Below the pieces are notes generated by a model. The model ran no database searches, was not told the origin of the DNA, and saw nothing but the letters and a program-made list of their open reading frames with translations. DNA of 60,985 nucleotides from a virus. Its lineage: Duplodnaviria; Caudoviricetes. Positions 45,747 through 54,088 of the stretch are shown here, in pieces. The stretch lies in IMG/VR virus record IMGVR_UViG_3300048996_000173, positions 1 to 60,985 of that record; one strand, given 5' to 3'. The position numbers and the translations under genes are program-made. Position 1 is the stretch's first letter. Each line of letters begins with the position of its first letter.

Positions 45747-46220
45747 ATGACCGAGTCGAAGCCGATCGAGACGCCCTGCCAGACCGGGAACCTCTGCAAG
45801 GTCCCGAAGTACCGCAATGAGATCCTCGAGCAGACAGGCCTCACAGACGAGGACCGCGCCGAGCTCATTGCGCAGGTCGAGTCGTCGTGCGACCACGAGA
45901 CCCACCCCGACGATTGGTTCGAGGATCCCGGGGCCGGCTACGGGACGCCGCCGTACTGGCGAGCTCAGCGCGCTCGTGCGCGCTGCTTCAACGTGTGCCC
46001 GATCCGCGTGCAGTGCCTCCAGATCGGCATGCAGCGTATTGACCACGGCGTCATGGGCGGATACACTGCCGCTCAACGTGCTCAGGTCGCAAGCACCTGG
46101 GCTCAACGGAAGGAGCACAACGATGCCGAGAAGGAACAAGCGCGGCCGGTCGCCGCAGATCACGAAGCGGCCGAGCAAGGCGATGCCGACCACCAAGGTG
46201 CGGAACGCCCTGGCCGCTAG
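45747..46220 (+). CDS. whiB: WhiB-family transcription factor
   Basis: C...PDDWF...ARCFNVCPIRVQC...GVMGG. Confidence 0.85.
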   Translation: MTESKPIETPCQTGNLCKVPKYRNEILEQTGLTDEDRAELIAQVESSCDHETHPDDWFEDPGAGYGTPPYWRAQRARARCFNVCPIRVQCLQIGMQRIDHGVMGGYTAAQRAQVASTWAQRKEHNDAEKEQARPVAADHEAAEQGDADHQGAERPGR

Positions 46221-46515
46221 GGCCGGCGTGTCCCCGAGCCGGCTCGCCCCGCTCGTGAAGCCCGACGGGGTCTGCAACGGGTACCTGAAGCCGAAGTACG
46301 CCTTCTTCACGGAGGAGAAGGCGCAGCGAGCTCTCACGGCCGCCCAGAAGAACCACACTCTGCTCAGCAGCGACCACGTCGAGGAGCGCTACTTCGAGTG
46401 CACCCGCATGAACGCCCTGCTGACGCCGTTCGACCAGCGCGTCGAGGTCCCGGCCACTCACTGGCACCTCACGAGCATGCCGGCCGCTCCGGAGGTTATC
46501 GATGGGGAAGCGTAG
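46123..46515 (+). CDS. Hypothetical protein (C..K...ERYFEC...HWHLTS family)
   Basis: AAGGAG RBS, overlapping the 3' end of whiB. Confidence 0.65.
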   Translation: MPRRNKRGRSPQITKRPSKAMPTTKVRNALAARAGVSPSRLAPLVKPDGVCNGYLKPKYAFFTEEKAQRALTAAQKNHTLLSSDHVEERYFECTRMNALLTPFDQRVEVPATHWHLTSMPAAPEVIDGEA

Positions 46516-46774
46516 CAAGGAACTGCTCGCCGAGCTGGAGAGGGCGGAGAAGAAGGCTCTTGGCAACGACAAGCCCTGTAGACTGTGTGTGGCGCTGATG
46601 GACCTGGAACCGGGTGCGATCGATGCGGTCGAAGCCGTGCTCCAGAAGCGCCACCCGAATCGGGACAGGTACCTTCTCGGGGAGAGAAAGCTCCATCCCA
46701 TCCTGAATGCCGCGGGAATCAAGGTGACCCAGGTTGACATTCAGGTCCACCGAGAGGAAGGCCACGGAGCGTGA
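46502..46774 (+). CDS. Small Zn-binding protein
   Basis: CRLC...HREEGH, typical of genes found next to phage metallophosphoesterases. Confidence 0.65.
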   Translation: MGKRSKELLAELERAEKKALGNDKPCRLCVALMDLEPGAIDAVEAVLQKRHPNRDRYLLGERKLHPILNAAGIKVTQVDIQVHREEGHGA

Positions 46775-48081
46775 CCACCGACACCAAGAAGCTGATCGCG
46801 GACCTGAATGACGCCGTCCGCGCCAAGATCCAGACCCCGCCGGCGCCCATCGCAGCCCAGCGAGCCCCGAAGGACTGGAAGCCGGGCGTCAAGTACGACG
46901 GCCGCGGCCAGGTCTCGGAGATCACCACGGTAGCCATCCCGGGCGACCAGCTGGCCGCTGAGGACTATCAGCGCGTGGTCGAGGAAATGGGTGTCACGGT
47001 TCCGGCCGGCCTGGTACTCGTGCTGGCCGAGGCGAGCTTCGACCCCTTCGCCTGGACGCGCGAGGAGCCCTTCTGGATCGACGAGAAGGGACACCAGCGC
47101 AAGACCCCGGCGACCACTCAGGCTGGCTGGCGCTACCGCTTCAAGACCGCTTCAGCAGCTCTCGTGGCAGCCTCCGACGAGGACCTCGAGAAGCTTCAGG
47201 CCGCCGCTCGCCGAGCGGTCCGGGCGCGACCCCGTACGACTCCGTTCGACGGTGTCACGCAGGTCATCGTGCTCGGGGACATCCAGGCTGGCAAGGTCGA
47301 TCGCCGCGGCGGATCCGCCGAGCTCCTGGTCCGCCTGGAGCATGCGCTGGCCGAGATCCTCCGTCACGTGAAGCGGACCAAGCCGAACGAGATCCTGCTG
47401 ATCGACGGCGGCGACGGCATGGAGATGTTCGAGTCCTCGCCTGGCGCCGACCGGACCAACGACCTGTCGCAGACCGAGCAGATCCGCCTGTGGCGCCGCG
47501 TCCTGATGTCGTGGGTCCGCGAGCTGGCCAAGGTCGGCGTGACCGTGAAGGTCATCTCGGTGCCGTCCAACCACTGCTCGGTGCGCCGTGGGAAGCAGAA
47601 CATGGGCACGCCCGCCGACGACTACGGCATCGAGGTCCTGACGCAGGTGGCCGACATCTGCGCCGAGAACCCCGACGCGTACGGCCACGTCGAGTTCTAC
47701 TCACCCGGCGAGCACGAGGAAGCCCTGGCGATCACCCTGGCCGGCGGAAAGACCCTCGGCGTCGCACACGGCCACCAGAAGACCCGGCCCGAGGCCATTC
47801 CGGCCTACCTGGCCGGCCAGGCTGCCGGCCGGACCCCGATCGGCGACTGCGACATCGCAGTCTTCGGCCACTGGCACAACCTCCGGGTGCAGACCTGGGG
47901 CGACGACCGGTGGTTCTTCATCGCGCCGACCATGGACTCCGGCTCGAGCTGGTTCGCCAACAACACCGGCACCGAGTCCGCTCCCGGTGTGCTCACCTTC
48001 GTCGTCGACAGCCGCGGCTGGCGCGACATGCACGTCGCCTGGGCCCGCGAGGGCATCGACTACGAAACCCTGGAGGCCTGA
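46771..48081 (+). CDS. Calcineurin-like metallophosphoesterase (Mre11/SbcD-like)
   Basis: GDIQ, GD, SNH, AHGH and GHWH motifs. Confidence 0.85.
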   Translation: MTTDTKKLIADLNDAVRAKIQTPPAPIAAQRAPKDWKPGVKYDGRGQVSEITTVAIPGDQLAAEDYQRVVEEMGVTVPAGLVLVLAEASFDPFAWTREEPFWIDEKGHQRKTPATTQAGWRYRFKTASAALVAASDEDLEKLQAAARRAVRARPRTTPFDGVTQVIVLGDIQAGKVDRRGGSAELLVRLEHALAEILRHVKRTKPNEILLIDGGDGMEMFESSPGADRTNDLSQTEQIRLWRRVLMSWVRELAKVGVTVKVISVPSNHCSVRRGKQNMGTPADDYGIEVLTQVADICAENPDAYGHVEFYSPGEHEEALAITLAGGKTLGVAHGHQKTRPEAIPAYLAGQAAGRTPIGDCDIAVFGHWHNLRVQTWGDDRWFFIAPTMDSGSSWFANNTGTESAPGVLTFVVDSRGWRDMHVAWAREGIDYETLEA

Positions 48082-48082
48082 C

Positions 48083-48244
48083 GTGACCAGCCACTCGTCG
48101 CACCGCCGCTGGAAGGGTTGTCAGCTGTGCAAGCCCCACAAGAACCGCGACCGAGGTCAAGCTGAGCGGCAACCCTTCGCCGCCCTGCGCAAGCTCGGCA
48201 AGCGCCGGCGCGTCTCCCGCCGAGAGATCGGAGACGACCAGTGA
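48083..48244 (+). CDS. Small basic CxxCxxH protein
   Basis: GGAGG RBS and GCQLCKPHK. Confidence 0.6.
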   Translation: MTSHSSHRRWKGCQLCKPHKNRDRGQAERQPFAALRKLGKRRRVSRREIGDDQ

Positions 48245-48414
48245 CCGCCGAGGAACCGACCCTGGCCGAGCTGGAGGAAGCGATCACCCACGTGGCCGCG
48301 ACCGCCGGCCGGTACAGCGACGTCGACCCGAAGAAGGCCCGGCTGCACGAGGAGCTCAACCACCTGCTCGAGGACCGGGACCGCCTCTTGACGGAGCGAC
48401 CGGCGATCGGCTAA
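48241..48414 (+). CDS. Small helical hypothetical protein
   Basis: GTGA overlap. Translation TLAELEEAITH...LNHLLEDR. Confidence 0.6.
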   Translation: MTAEEPTLAELEEAITHVAATAGRYSDVDPKKARLHEELNHLLEDRDRLLTERPAIG

Positions 48415-48417
48415 GCT
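48388..48417 (+). promoter_or_regulatory. Promoter for the ncRNA
   Basis: TTGACG-18-TAAGCT. Confidence 0.7.
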
Positions 48418-48601
48418 CGGTACTGCCGAACAGCGCTTCTAGAAGTGGAAGACCTCGGTGCTCTTCCTGAGACGCAAGGGTTGAGCGGTGGCGGTGCAGG
48501 ATCGGAGTCGGGAAACCTGCACGCGGTCACCTGATGAACTGATCAGGACCAGATGGGCCGGTACCCTTGCAGGGTAGTCGGAGACAGGGTCTAGATCGGC
48601 A

Positions 48602-48672
48602 ATCGGTGCAGCATGGCGGAGAGCGGTCACCCGCGGAGGGTGGCCACGCGGGTTCGAGTCCCGTCACCGATG
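48602..48672 (+). tRNA. tRNA-like element with non-canonical anticodon arm
   Basis: ATCGGTG/CACCGAT acceptor, GCGGG-TTCGAGT-CCCGT T-arm, and an 8-bp arm with a GCGGA loop. Confidence 0.5.
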
Positions 48673-48707
48673 CGAAGTTCGGCGGCTTAGTCCGTCGGGC
48701 CTTAAAT

Positions 48708-48801
48708 TCGCCATTAGCTCAGTCCGGTAGAGCACCGCTTGGCCAGCCCCGCAGTGTCGGGGGTAACGCGGAGGTCCTAGGTTCAAATCCTGGATGGCGA
48801 A
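48708..48801 (+). tRNA. tRNA-like element (Thr-GGU-like) with ~20-nt insertion in the anticodon loop
   Basis: TCGCCAT/ATGGCGA acceptor, GCTC/GAGC D-arm, AGGTC variable loop and CTAGG-TTCAAAT-CCTGG T-arm. Confidence 0.65.
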
Positions 48802-49054
48802 CGAGGTAACGAGGGATCCCGAAACCCCATCCCGCAGTGTGGAAGAGAGGGTAAGAGGGTGAGGTTCGACCTCGGTGCGGCGACCGAAAACGCCCTTCTG
48901 GTCCACGACAGGACTCGCCTTGGCGGCGCGTATCCGTCTACGTGACCCGAGCGCACTCGGGCATTCAGGCCCCGCCGGTATGCATGCTCCCCACGGTTCG
49001 ACCGTGGAACTTGGAAGCAACCGGTGGGGTCTGTCTCATTCTGCGGACAGTCTA

Positions 49055-49083
49055 TTGACCCAATCGGCAGCAGGCTGTAGGTT
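49055..49083 (+). promoter_or_regulatory. Promoter for the RNA ligase operon
   Basis: TTGACC-17-TAGGTT. Confidence 0.65.
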
Positions 49084-49119
49084 TTGAGCATCAGAACTTG
49101 CAACCACCTGGAGGTTTCC

Positions 49120-50301
49120 ATGCATCTGTATGACCTGGTCGACGTCAACGAGACGACCTGGCTCTACGAGAACGGCTGGCTGAACGAGACCGAGCACCCG
49201 ACCGAGCCGCTGCGCATCCTGAACTACTCCAAGCGCGCGCAGACTGCCGTGGAGCCGTGGTCGGTCGAGTCGCTGCACCACTGCCGCGGCCTGATCTACA
49301 ACACCACCAACGGTGAGATCGTCGCCCGGCCGTTCCCGAAGTTCTGGAACTACGGCCAGGCCGGCGCCCCGATGATACCCCTGGATGCCCTTGTCCAGGT
49401 GACCGACAAGGCCGATGGCTCGCTCGGCATCATGTATCGCCGACCGAGCGACGGCGAACTGGCCATCGCCACGCGGGGCTCGTTCCTGTCGGAGCAGGCC
49501 GTCCACGCTACGCAGACCCTGTATCTGAAGCACAACGACTTCGAGCCTAATCCCGACTGGACGATGCTGTTCGAGATCGTCTACCCGGAGAACCGGATCG
49601 TGCTCGACTACGGCGCTCGCGACGACGTGGTGCTGCTGGGTGGCGTCTTGACCCACTACAAGGACCTGGTGATCCTGGGCCCGAACGGCTTTCCGGAGTG
49701 GAAAGGCCCGAAGACCGAGATCATCTACGAGGGCAACTTCGACGGCGCGCTGGCGCTGAAGATGGACCGGCCGAACTCCGAGGGCTACGTGATCCGCCGG
49801 ATGATCGACGGCGGCATGGTGAAGCTCAAGCAGGAGGACTACAAGGCCCTACACGCCGCGCTCTTCGGGCTGAACCAGCGCCGGATCTACGAGATCGTCA
49901 TGGCTGGCCGCGGCCTCGGCCAGCCGGGCCAGTACGAAGGCGTGCCCGAGTTCGACACCCTGCTGGCCCAGCTGCCCGACGAGTTCCACGACTGGGCGCG
50001 CAACCAGCGGCACCAGATCCTCGAGACGATCCGGAAGCGCGCGGATGACATCTTCGAGGAGTACGGCGCGATCGTCGAAGGCTGGAGCGTGATCTACGAG
50101 GTAGACGACCAGCGGAGCCGGAAGAAGGCATTCGCGGCCGAGGTCGCCAAGGTCAAGACGCCGTATGCGTGGGCGCTGTTCGCCATCTTCAACGGCGCCG
50201 GCCGCGACGACATCGAGGACCAGCTGCTGCACCACCTGGACAAGGACAAGGAGATCGACGCCAAGGTCCGTCCGGTCAACCAGCCGGTCGAGGAGGTCTG
50301 A
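49120..50301 (+). CDS. T4 Rnl1-like RNA ligase
   Basis: CRGLI, RPFPKFWN, KADGSLG, TRGSF, FEIVYPENRIV, EGYV and VKLK. Confidence 0.92.
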   Translation: MHLYDLVDVNETTWLYENGWLNETEHPTEPLRILNYSKRAQTAVEPWSVESLHHCRGLIYNTTNGEIVARPFPKFWNYGQAGAPMIPLDALVQVTDKADGSLGIMYRRPSDGELAIATRGSFLSEQAVHATQTLYLKHNDFEPNPDWTMLFEIVYPENRIVLDYGARDDVVLLGGVLTHYKDLVILGPNGFPEWKGPKTEIIYEGNFDGALALKMDRPNSEGYVIRRMIDGGMVKLKQEDYKALHAALFGLNQRRIYEIVMAGRGLGQPGQYEGVPEFDTLLAQLPDEFHDWARNQRHQILETIRKRADDIFEEYGAIVEGWSVIYEVDDQRSRKKAFAAEVAKVKTPYAWALFAIFNGAGRDDIEDQLLHHLDKDKEIDAKVRPVNQPVEEV

Positions 50302-50302
50302 C

Positions 50303-50473
50303 GTGGCCTGGGGTCGGAAGAAGAAGCAGGACATCAAGGGCGGCAAGGGCAAGCCGAAGGAGCCGTTCGTCCCGTGCGGGAAGCCGATCCACCGGCTCGC
50401 CAAGCGGGAGAAGAACGGCTCGGTGACCACCCCGATCTGCCAGAAGCAACGTGGACACTTTGGAGGTTGCTGA
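50303..50473 (+). CDS. Small basic Cys/His protein
   Basis: GGAGG RBS and CG...C...GHFGGC. Confidence 0.55.
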   Translation: MAWGRKKKQDIKGGKGKPKEPFVPCGKPIHRLAKREKNGSVTTPICQKQRGHFGGC

Positions 50474-50474
50474 C

Positions 50475-50663
50475 GTGAGCAAACAGATCAGAATCCACGA
50501 CGACGGTGACGAGATCGTCTGGATCGACGTCGACGGAGAGCAGTTGCACGAGCTGAACCACGACCTCGATGGCTGGGATGGCATGAAGCGGGGGATCGAC
50601 CTGGTCGAGAAGCTCGCCAAGGCCTTCGGCGTCGAGGTCAGCTACGAGCAGGACATCGTCTGA
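50475..50663 (+). CDS. Small acidic hypothetical protein
   Basis: GGAGG RBS. Confidence 0.65.
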   Translation: MSKQIRIHDDGDEIVWIDVDGEQLHELNHDLDGWDGMKRGIDLVEKLAKAFGVEVSYEQDIV

Positions 50664-51616
50664 TGTCCACACTCGTTGTAACGAGAGGCCTGCCCGGATC
50701 CGGCAAGACGACGTACGCCAGAGAGTGGGTGGCCACCTGGATCGAGACGCGGTCGCGCGTGAACCGGGACGACCTGCGCAAGATGCTCCACAGCGGCCCG
50801 AACGGCTACTCGCGCGAGCTCGAGAACGCGATCACGGCCGCCCAGGAGGCGCAGGTCACCGCGCTGCTGAAGGCTGGTCGCGATGTCATCGTCGACGACA
50901 TGAACCTCCGCCAGCAGTACGCGCGCCGGTGGGCCAAGATCGCCGACCTAGCCGGCGCCGAATTCGACGTCGTCGACCTGACCAACATCCCGGTCGAGGA
51001 GTGCATCCGCCGCGACGCCGCCCGTCTGCCGGAGGAGCGCGTCGGAGCGCGATTCATCACCGAACAGCACGTCCGCTACCTGGCCGGCAAGACGCACCCG
51101 CTTCCCTGGCCGACCAACGACTACGGCGTCGTCCCCGAGCCGTACGTGCCGCCCGGCACCGGCAAACAGGCGATCATCGTCGACCTCGACGGGACGGTCG
51201 CTCTGCTGAACGGTCGCAGCCCGTACGACGTCACCACGGTGAGCAGGGACCTGCCCAACGCACCGGTGATCCGGATCGCGCGGGACATGATGGGCATCGC
51301 TGACGAGTACGGCGACACCCTGCACATCCTCTTCACCAGCGGCCGGAGTGAGCTCGCCCGCGAGGACACGGTGGGCTGGCTGGCGGAGCACTTCTTCGGC
51401 GGTTCGGGCTATGCGTTCGAGCGCGGATGGGCCCGCCTGTTCATGCGGCCGGAGGGCGACGGCCGGCGCGACTCCGAGCTCAAGCTCGAGATCTTCAACG
51501 AACACATCCGCAACGAGTACGACGTCGTGCTCGCGCTCGACGACCGGAACCAGGTCGTTGACTTGTGGCGCTCGCTGGGACTAACGTGCTTGCAGGTTGC
51601 GCCGGGCGACTTCTGA
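50663..51616 (+). CDS. pseT: Polynucleotide kinase / 3'-phosphatase (T4 PseT-like)
   Basis: GLPGSGKTT and RDDLR in the kinase domain. DLDGT, SGR and DDRNQVV in the HAD domain. Confidence 0.93.
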   Translation: MSTLVVTRGLPGSGKTTYAREWVATWIETRSRVNRDDLRKMLHSGPNGYSRELENAITAAQEAQVTALLKAGRDVIVDDMNLRQQYARRWAKIADLAGAEFDVVDLTNIPVEECIRRDAARLPEERVGARFITEQHVRYLAGKTHPLPWPTNDYGVVPEPYVPPGTGKQAIIVDLDGTVALLNGRSPYDVTTVSRDLPNAPVIRIARDMMGIADEYGDTLHILFTSGRSELAREDTVGWLAEHFFGGSGYAFERGWARLFMRPEGDGRRDSELKLEIFNEHIRNEYDVVLALDDRNQVVDLWRSLGLTCLQVAPGDF

Positions 51617-51697
51617 CCTACCGTCCAGATCCTGGAACCGTAACCCGCTTACGGTTCCAGATATGCACCACCACTCACCACTAGGAGGTACCACCCC

Positions 51698-52420
51698 GTG
51701 AAGAAGTTCATCGCCAGCGCCGTACTCATCGGTCTCGCCCTCAGCATCGGCGCCAAGCCGGCCGAGGCGGCCACGCCCAAGCCGGCCGAGCACCTCGTCG
51801 TCGTGAAGCTGTACCCGGACGGCGGCAAGACCACCTCGGTCGACGGAAAGCTCGTCCAGGACACCCGCGCCGGCAAGCGCGACGCCGTCGCGGCCGGACC
51901 GTACCGCGGCACCCGGTTCGCCGGCTCGTACATCTGTCTGTGGAACCAGATCGGAACGACCTGGGACATCGGCGGCGCCGGCAACGCCTGGGAGGGAACC
52001 AACTCCATCCAGACCGGCTACCGCTCGGCGGCGCAGGGCTGCGGCGGCTACAACACCAACCAGCACCTCCGCTTCAGCACCTACAGCGAGGGTGATGGCG
52101 CCTGCTCGGCGCTGATCGGCTACTCGGCCTCCGTCGGCCCGTACGCCTACTACAACGAGCAGTGGACCGCCACCGGCGGGGGTCCGCGGATCCTGATGAA
52201 CACCTACTACTACGCTGCGCTCGGGTGCCGGGACACCGTCCAGCACCGCAACAACAGCATGAGCCGGGCCCAGGGGCTCGCGTTCGGCATGCAGACGCTG
52301 GACAACCCCTACACGGCGTCGGTCATGAACGACCACTTCCAGGACAGCTACAACTTCGCGGGAGCGGTCGACCGGAACAACGCCTGGTCGCTCTACAACT
52401 GCCCTGGCGTCGGCTGCTAG
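51698..52420 (+). CDS. Secreted Cys-containing protein, metzincin-fold paralog without Zn ligands
   Basis: Signal peptide AEA-A. Aligns with the 41544 peptidase but has RAQGLAFGMQT in place of the Zn motif. Confidence 0.7.
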   Translation: MKKFIASAVLIGLALSIGAKPAEAATPKPAEHLVVVKLYPDGGKTTSVDGKLVQDTRAGKRDAVAAGPYRGTRFAGSYICLWNQIGTTWDIGGAGNAWEGTNSIQTGYRSAAQGCGGYNTNQHLRFSTYSEGDGACSALIGYSASVGPYAYYNEQWTATGGGPRILMNTYYYAALGCRDTVQHRNNSMSRAQGLAFGMQTLDNPYTASVMNDHFQDSYNFAGAVDRNNAWSLYNCPGVGC

Positions 52421-52505
52421 TACATCTCGCATCGTGGGCGCTCTCTGGACTCCAGGGGGCGCCTTCGGTACGCTGGGCCCACGAACTCACCACTTGGAGG
52501 TGCTG

Positions 52506-52745
52506 ATGAAGATCCACATCGCCGGCGTCGTACGCCGAGCTCGCCGCGAGCGCCTGGCCCGCCGCTATGACCTGATGGCCGACAAGGCCGCGGAGCGCGC
52601 GGTGTTCTGGGCGAACCAGGCCGCCGGCTTCGCCCTCTTCGACCTGGAGGGCTCGTTCCAGGAGGCCAAACACAAGCACCAGGAGCACGTCGAGGCCGAG
52701 CGCGTCGCCCGCGTCCGCGCCGAGGGAATCAGGAGCGGCAAGTGA
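52506..52745 (+). CDS. Hypothetical protein
   Basis: GGAGG RBS. Confidence 0.65.
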   Translation: MKIHIAGVVRRARRERLARRYDLMADKAAERAVFWANQAAGFALFDLEGSFQEAKHKHQEHVEAERVARVRAEGIRSGK

Positions 52746-52963
52746 TCCCCACCTACATTCACGTCTGGCTGAAGAACGATGGAGCAGCCCCAATCAAGCA
52801 GACCGTCCAGACGTACCACACTTACGACGAGGTGCAGCGGGTCGTAGGTCAAGACACCACCTGGCTCGGTCTGACAGATTGCCTGGGCATCTACTGGTGG
52901 TTCCCGCGCGAGTCCATCGCGTTCATCCAGGTGATGCCGACGGCACAGGTCCAAGACTCATGA
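52742..52963 (+). CDS. Hypothetical protein
   Basis: GTGA overlap. Confidence 0.6.
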   Translation: MIPTYIHVWLKNDGAAPIKQTVQTYHTYDEVQRVVGQDTTWLGLTDCLGIYWWFPRESIAFIQVMPTAQVQDS

Positions 52964-53289
52964 CCTGGGGTGACGAGAAGGGCCGCAACCTCCCGCCGAA
53001 CTGGCCGGCCCTTGTCAAGGCGGTCAAGCACCGGGCCAAGGCGACCTCGCCCCTGGGGATCGAGCAGTGCGAAGGACGCCTGCCACGGTCCGGGAAGCGC
53101 TGCACCGAACTCGGGGTCGATGTCGACCACACCGGCGACCGGGACGATCACAGCCTGGGTAAGCTGCGCCTGAAGTGCGAACACTGCCACGACAAGAAGA
53201 CCTCGTCCCAGGGTCACCAGGCCTGGGCCGCGAAGAAGGGTCCGAAGAAGAGTCTCCGCAGAGATGAGCATCCCGGCCGCGTGAGGTAG
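52960..53289 (+). CDS. HNH endonuclease (packaging-associated type)
   Basis: LPPNW...C...VDH...DHS...CEHCHDKKT...EHPG. Confidence 0.85.
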   Translation: MTWGDEKGRNLPPNWPALVKAVKHRAKATSPLGIEQCEGRLPRSGKRCTELGVDVDHTGDRDDHSLGKLRLKCEHCHDKKTSSQGHQAWAAKKGPKKSLRRDEHPGRVR

Positions 53290-53327
53290 CCTGGAGGGGT
53301 CATGTACCTACTCGAACGGAGGCCGTA

Positions 53328-53804
53328 GTGGCCATCAAGCTCACGTCACCGGTCTTCGGGCAGCCCGCCGGCGCCACCTTCTCAGGGCCGGCCAGCGTCG
53401 TACCGTGGCTGATCGCCGAGGGTTACGCCTTCGACGACGCCAACGTGACCGACCATATCAACCAGCGTGCGGTCCTGCCGGCCGACGACCCTCAGCTCGC
53501 CGTGAACCGCGAGGCACCGGGGCAGCCCTTCGGCCTCAGTGGCCGGCTCGCCGTAGTCACCGCGTCCGCGATCGTCCCGAACACCGGACTGGCTGCGGGC
53601 GGCACGGATGTCGTCATCACCGGCGACCACATGGTCGACGTGACCGGGGTGACCTTCGGTGGCGTCGCCGCGACGAACGTCGTGGTCGTCGACGACCAGC
53701 ACGTGAAGTGCACCACCCCCCCGCACGCCGCCGGCGCGGTCACCGTGGTGATCACGGACTCCGACGGCTCGGCGACCAAGCCGACCTTCTACACCTACAG
53801 CTGA
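53328..53804 (+). CDS. IPT/TIG (Ig-like) domain protein, probable virion decoration
   Basis: PNTGLAAGGTDVVITG...VTFGG...TPPHAAGAVTV...FYTY. Confidence 0.8.
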   Translation: MAIKLTSPVFGQPAGATFSGPASVVPWLIAEGYAFDDANVTDHINQRAVLPADDPQLAVNREAPGQPFGLSGRLAVVTASAIVPNTGLAAGGTDVVITGDHMVDVTGVTFGGVAATNVVVVDDQHVKCTTPPHAAGAVTVVITDSDGSATKPTFYTYS

Positions 53805-53842
53805 GCCACGCCAGGCTCTGACACCGAACAAGGAGATCCATC

Positions 53843-54031
53843 GTGGCCAAGCTCACCCGACCGAAGCAGGTCAGCCGCCGGTACGGCCCCCGTCCCGGCC
53901 TTTCCCCGCAGGCGACCCCCGGCGACCCGGATTTCGTCTCGCCGTTCCAGTCGTCCAACGACATCCTCGGTTTCCCCGAGGCCGCGGACTCGAACCGCCC
54001 GGCCGACTGGGAGCCGGAGGACGAGGGGTGA
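53843..54031 (+). CDS. Small hypothetical protein
   Basis: AAGGAG RBS. Confidence 0.6.
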   Translation: MAKLTRPKQVSRRYGPRPGLSPQATPGDPDFVSPFQSSNDILGFPEAADSNRPADWEPEDEG

Positions 54032-54048
54032 TCTGATCCCCCTCCCTT

Positions 54049-54088
54049 GAGCCCCTCGCGCCGATCCGGCGTGAGGGGCTCTTTCTTG
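54049..54088 (+). terminator. Intrinsic terminator
   Basis: GAGCCCCTCGCGCCG-atc-CGGCGTGAGGGGCTC followed by TTTCTT. Confidence 0.8.

Larger units (their letters stand above)
48424..49050 (+). ncRNA. Large structured ncRNA containing two tRNA-like modules
   Basis: No credible ORF. Long-range stems, GNRA-like loops and four T-loop-like motifs, bounded by two promoters. Confidence 0.7.

Noticed and set aside
48511-48550. GAAAC...GTC...CTGATGA suggesting a hammerhead ribozyme
   Set aside because: There is no room for stem I between GTC and CTGATGA, and CCTGAT pairs locally with ATCAGG.
48424-49050. tmRNA
   Set aside because: No GGGG...TCCACCA alanine acceptor and no tag reading frame.
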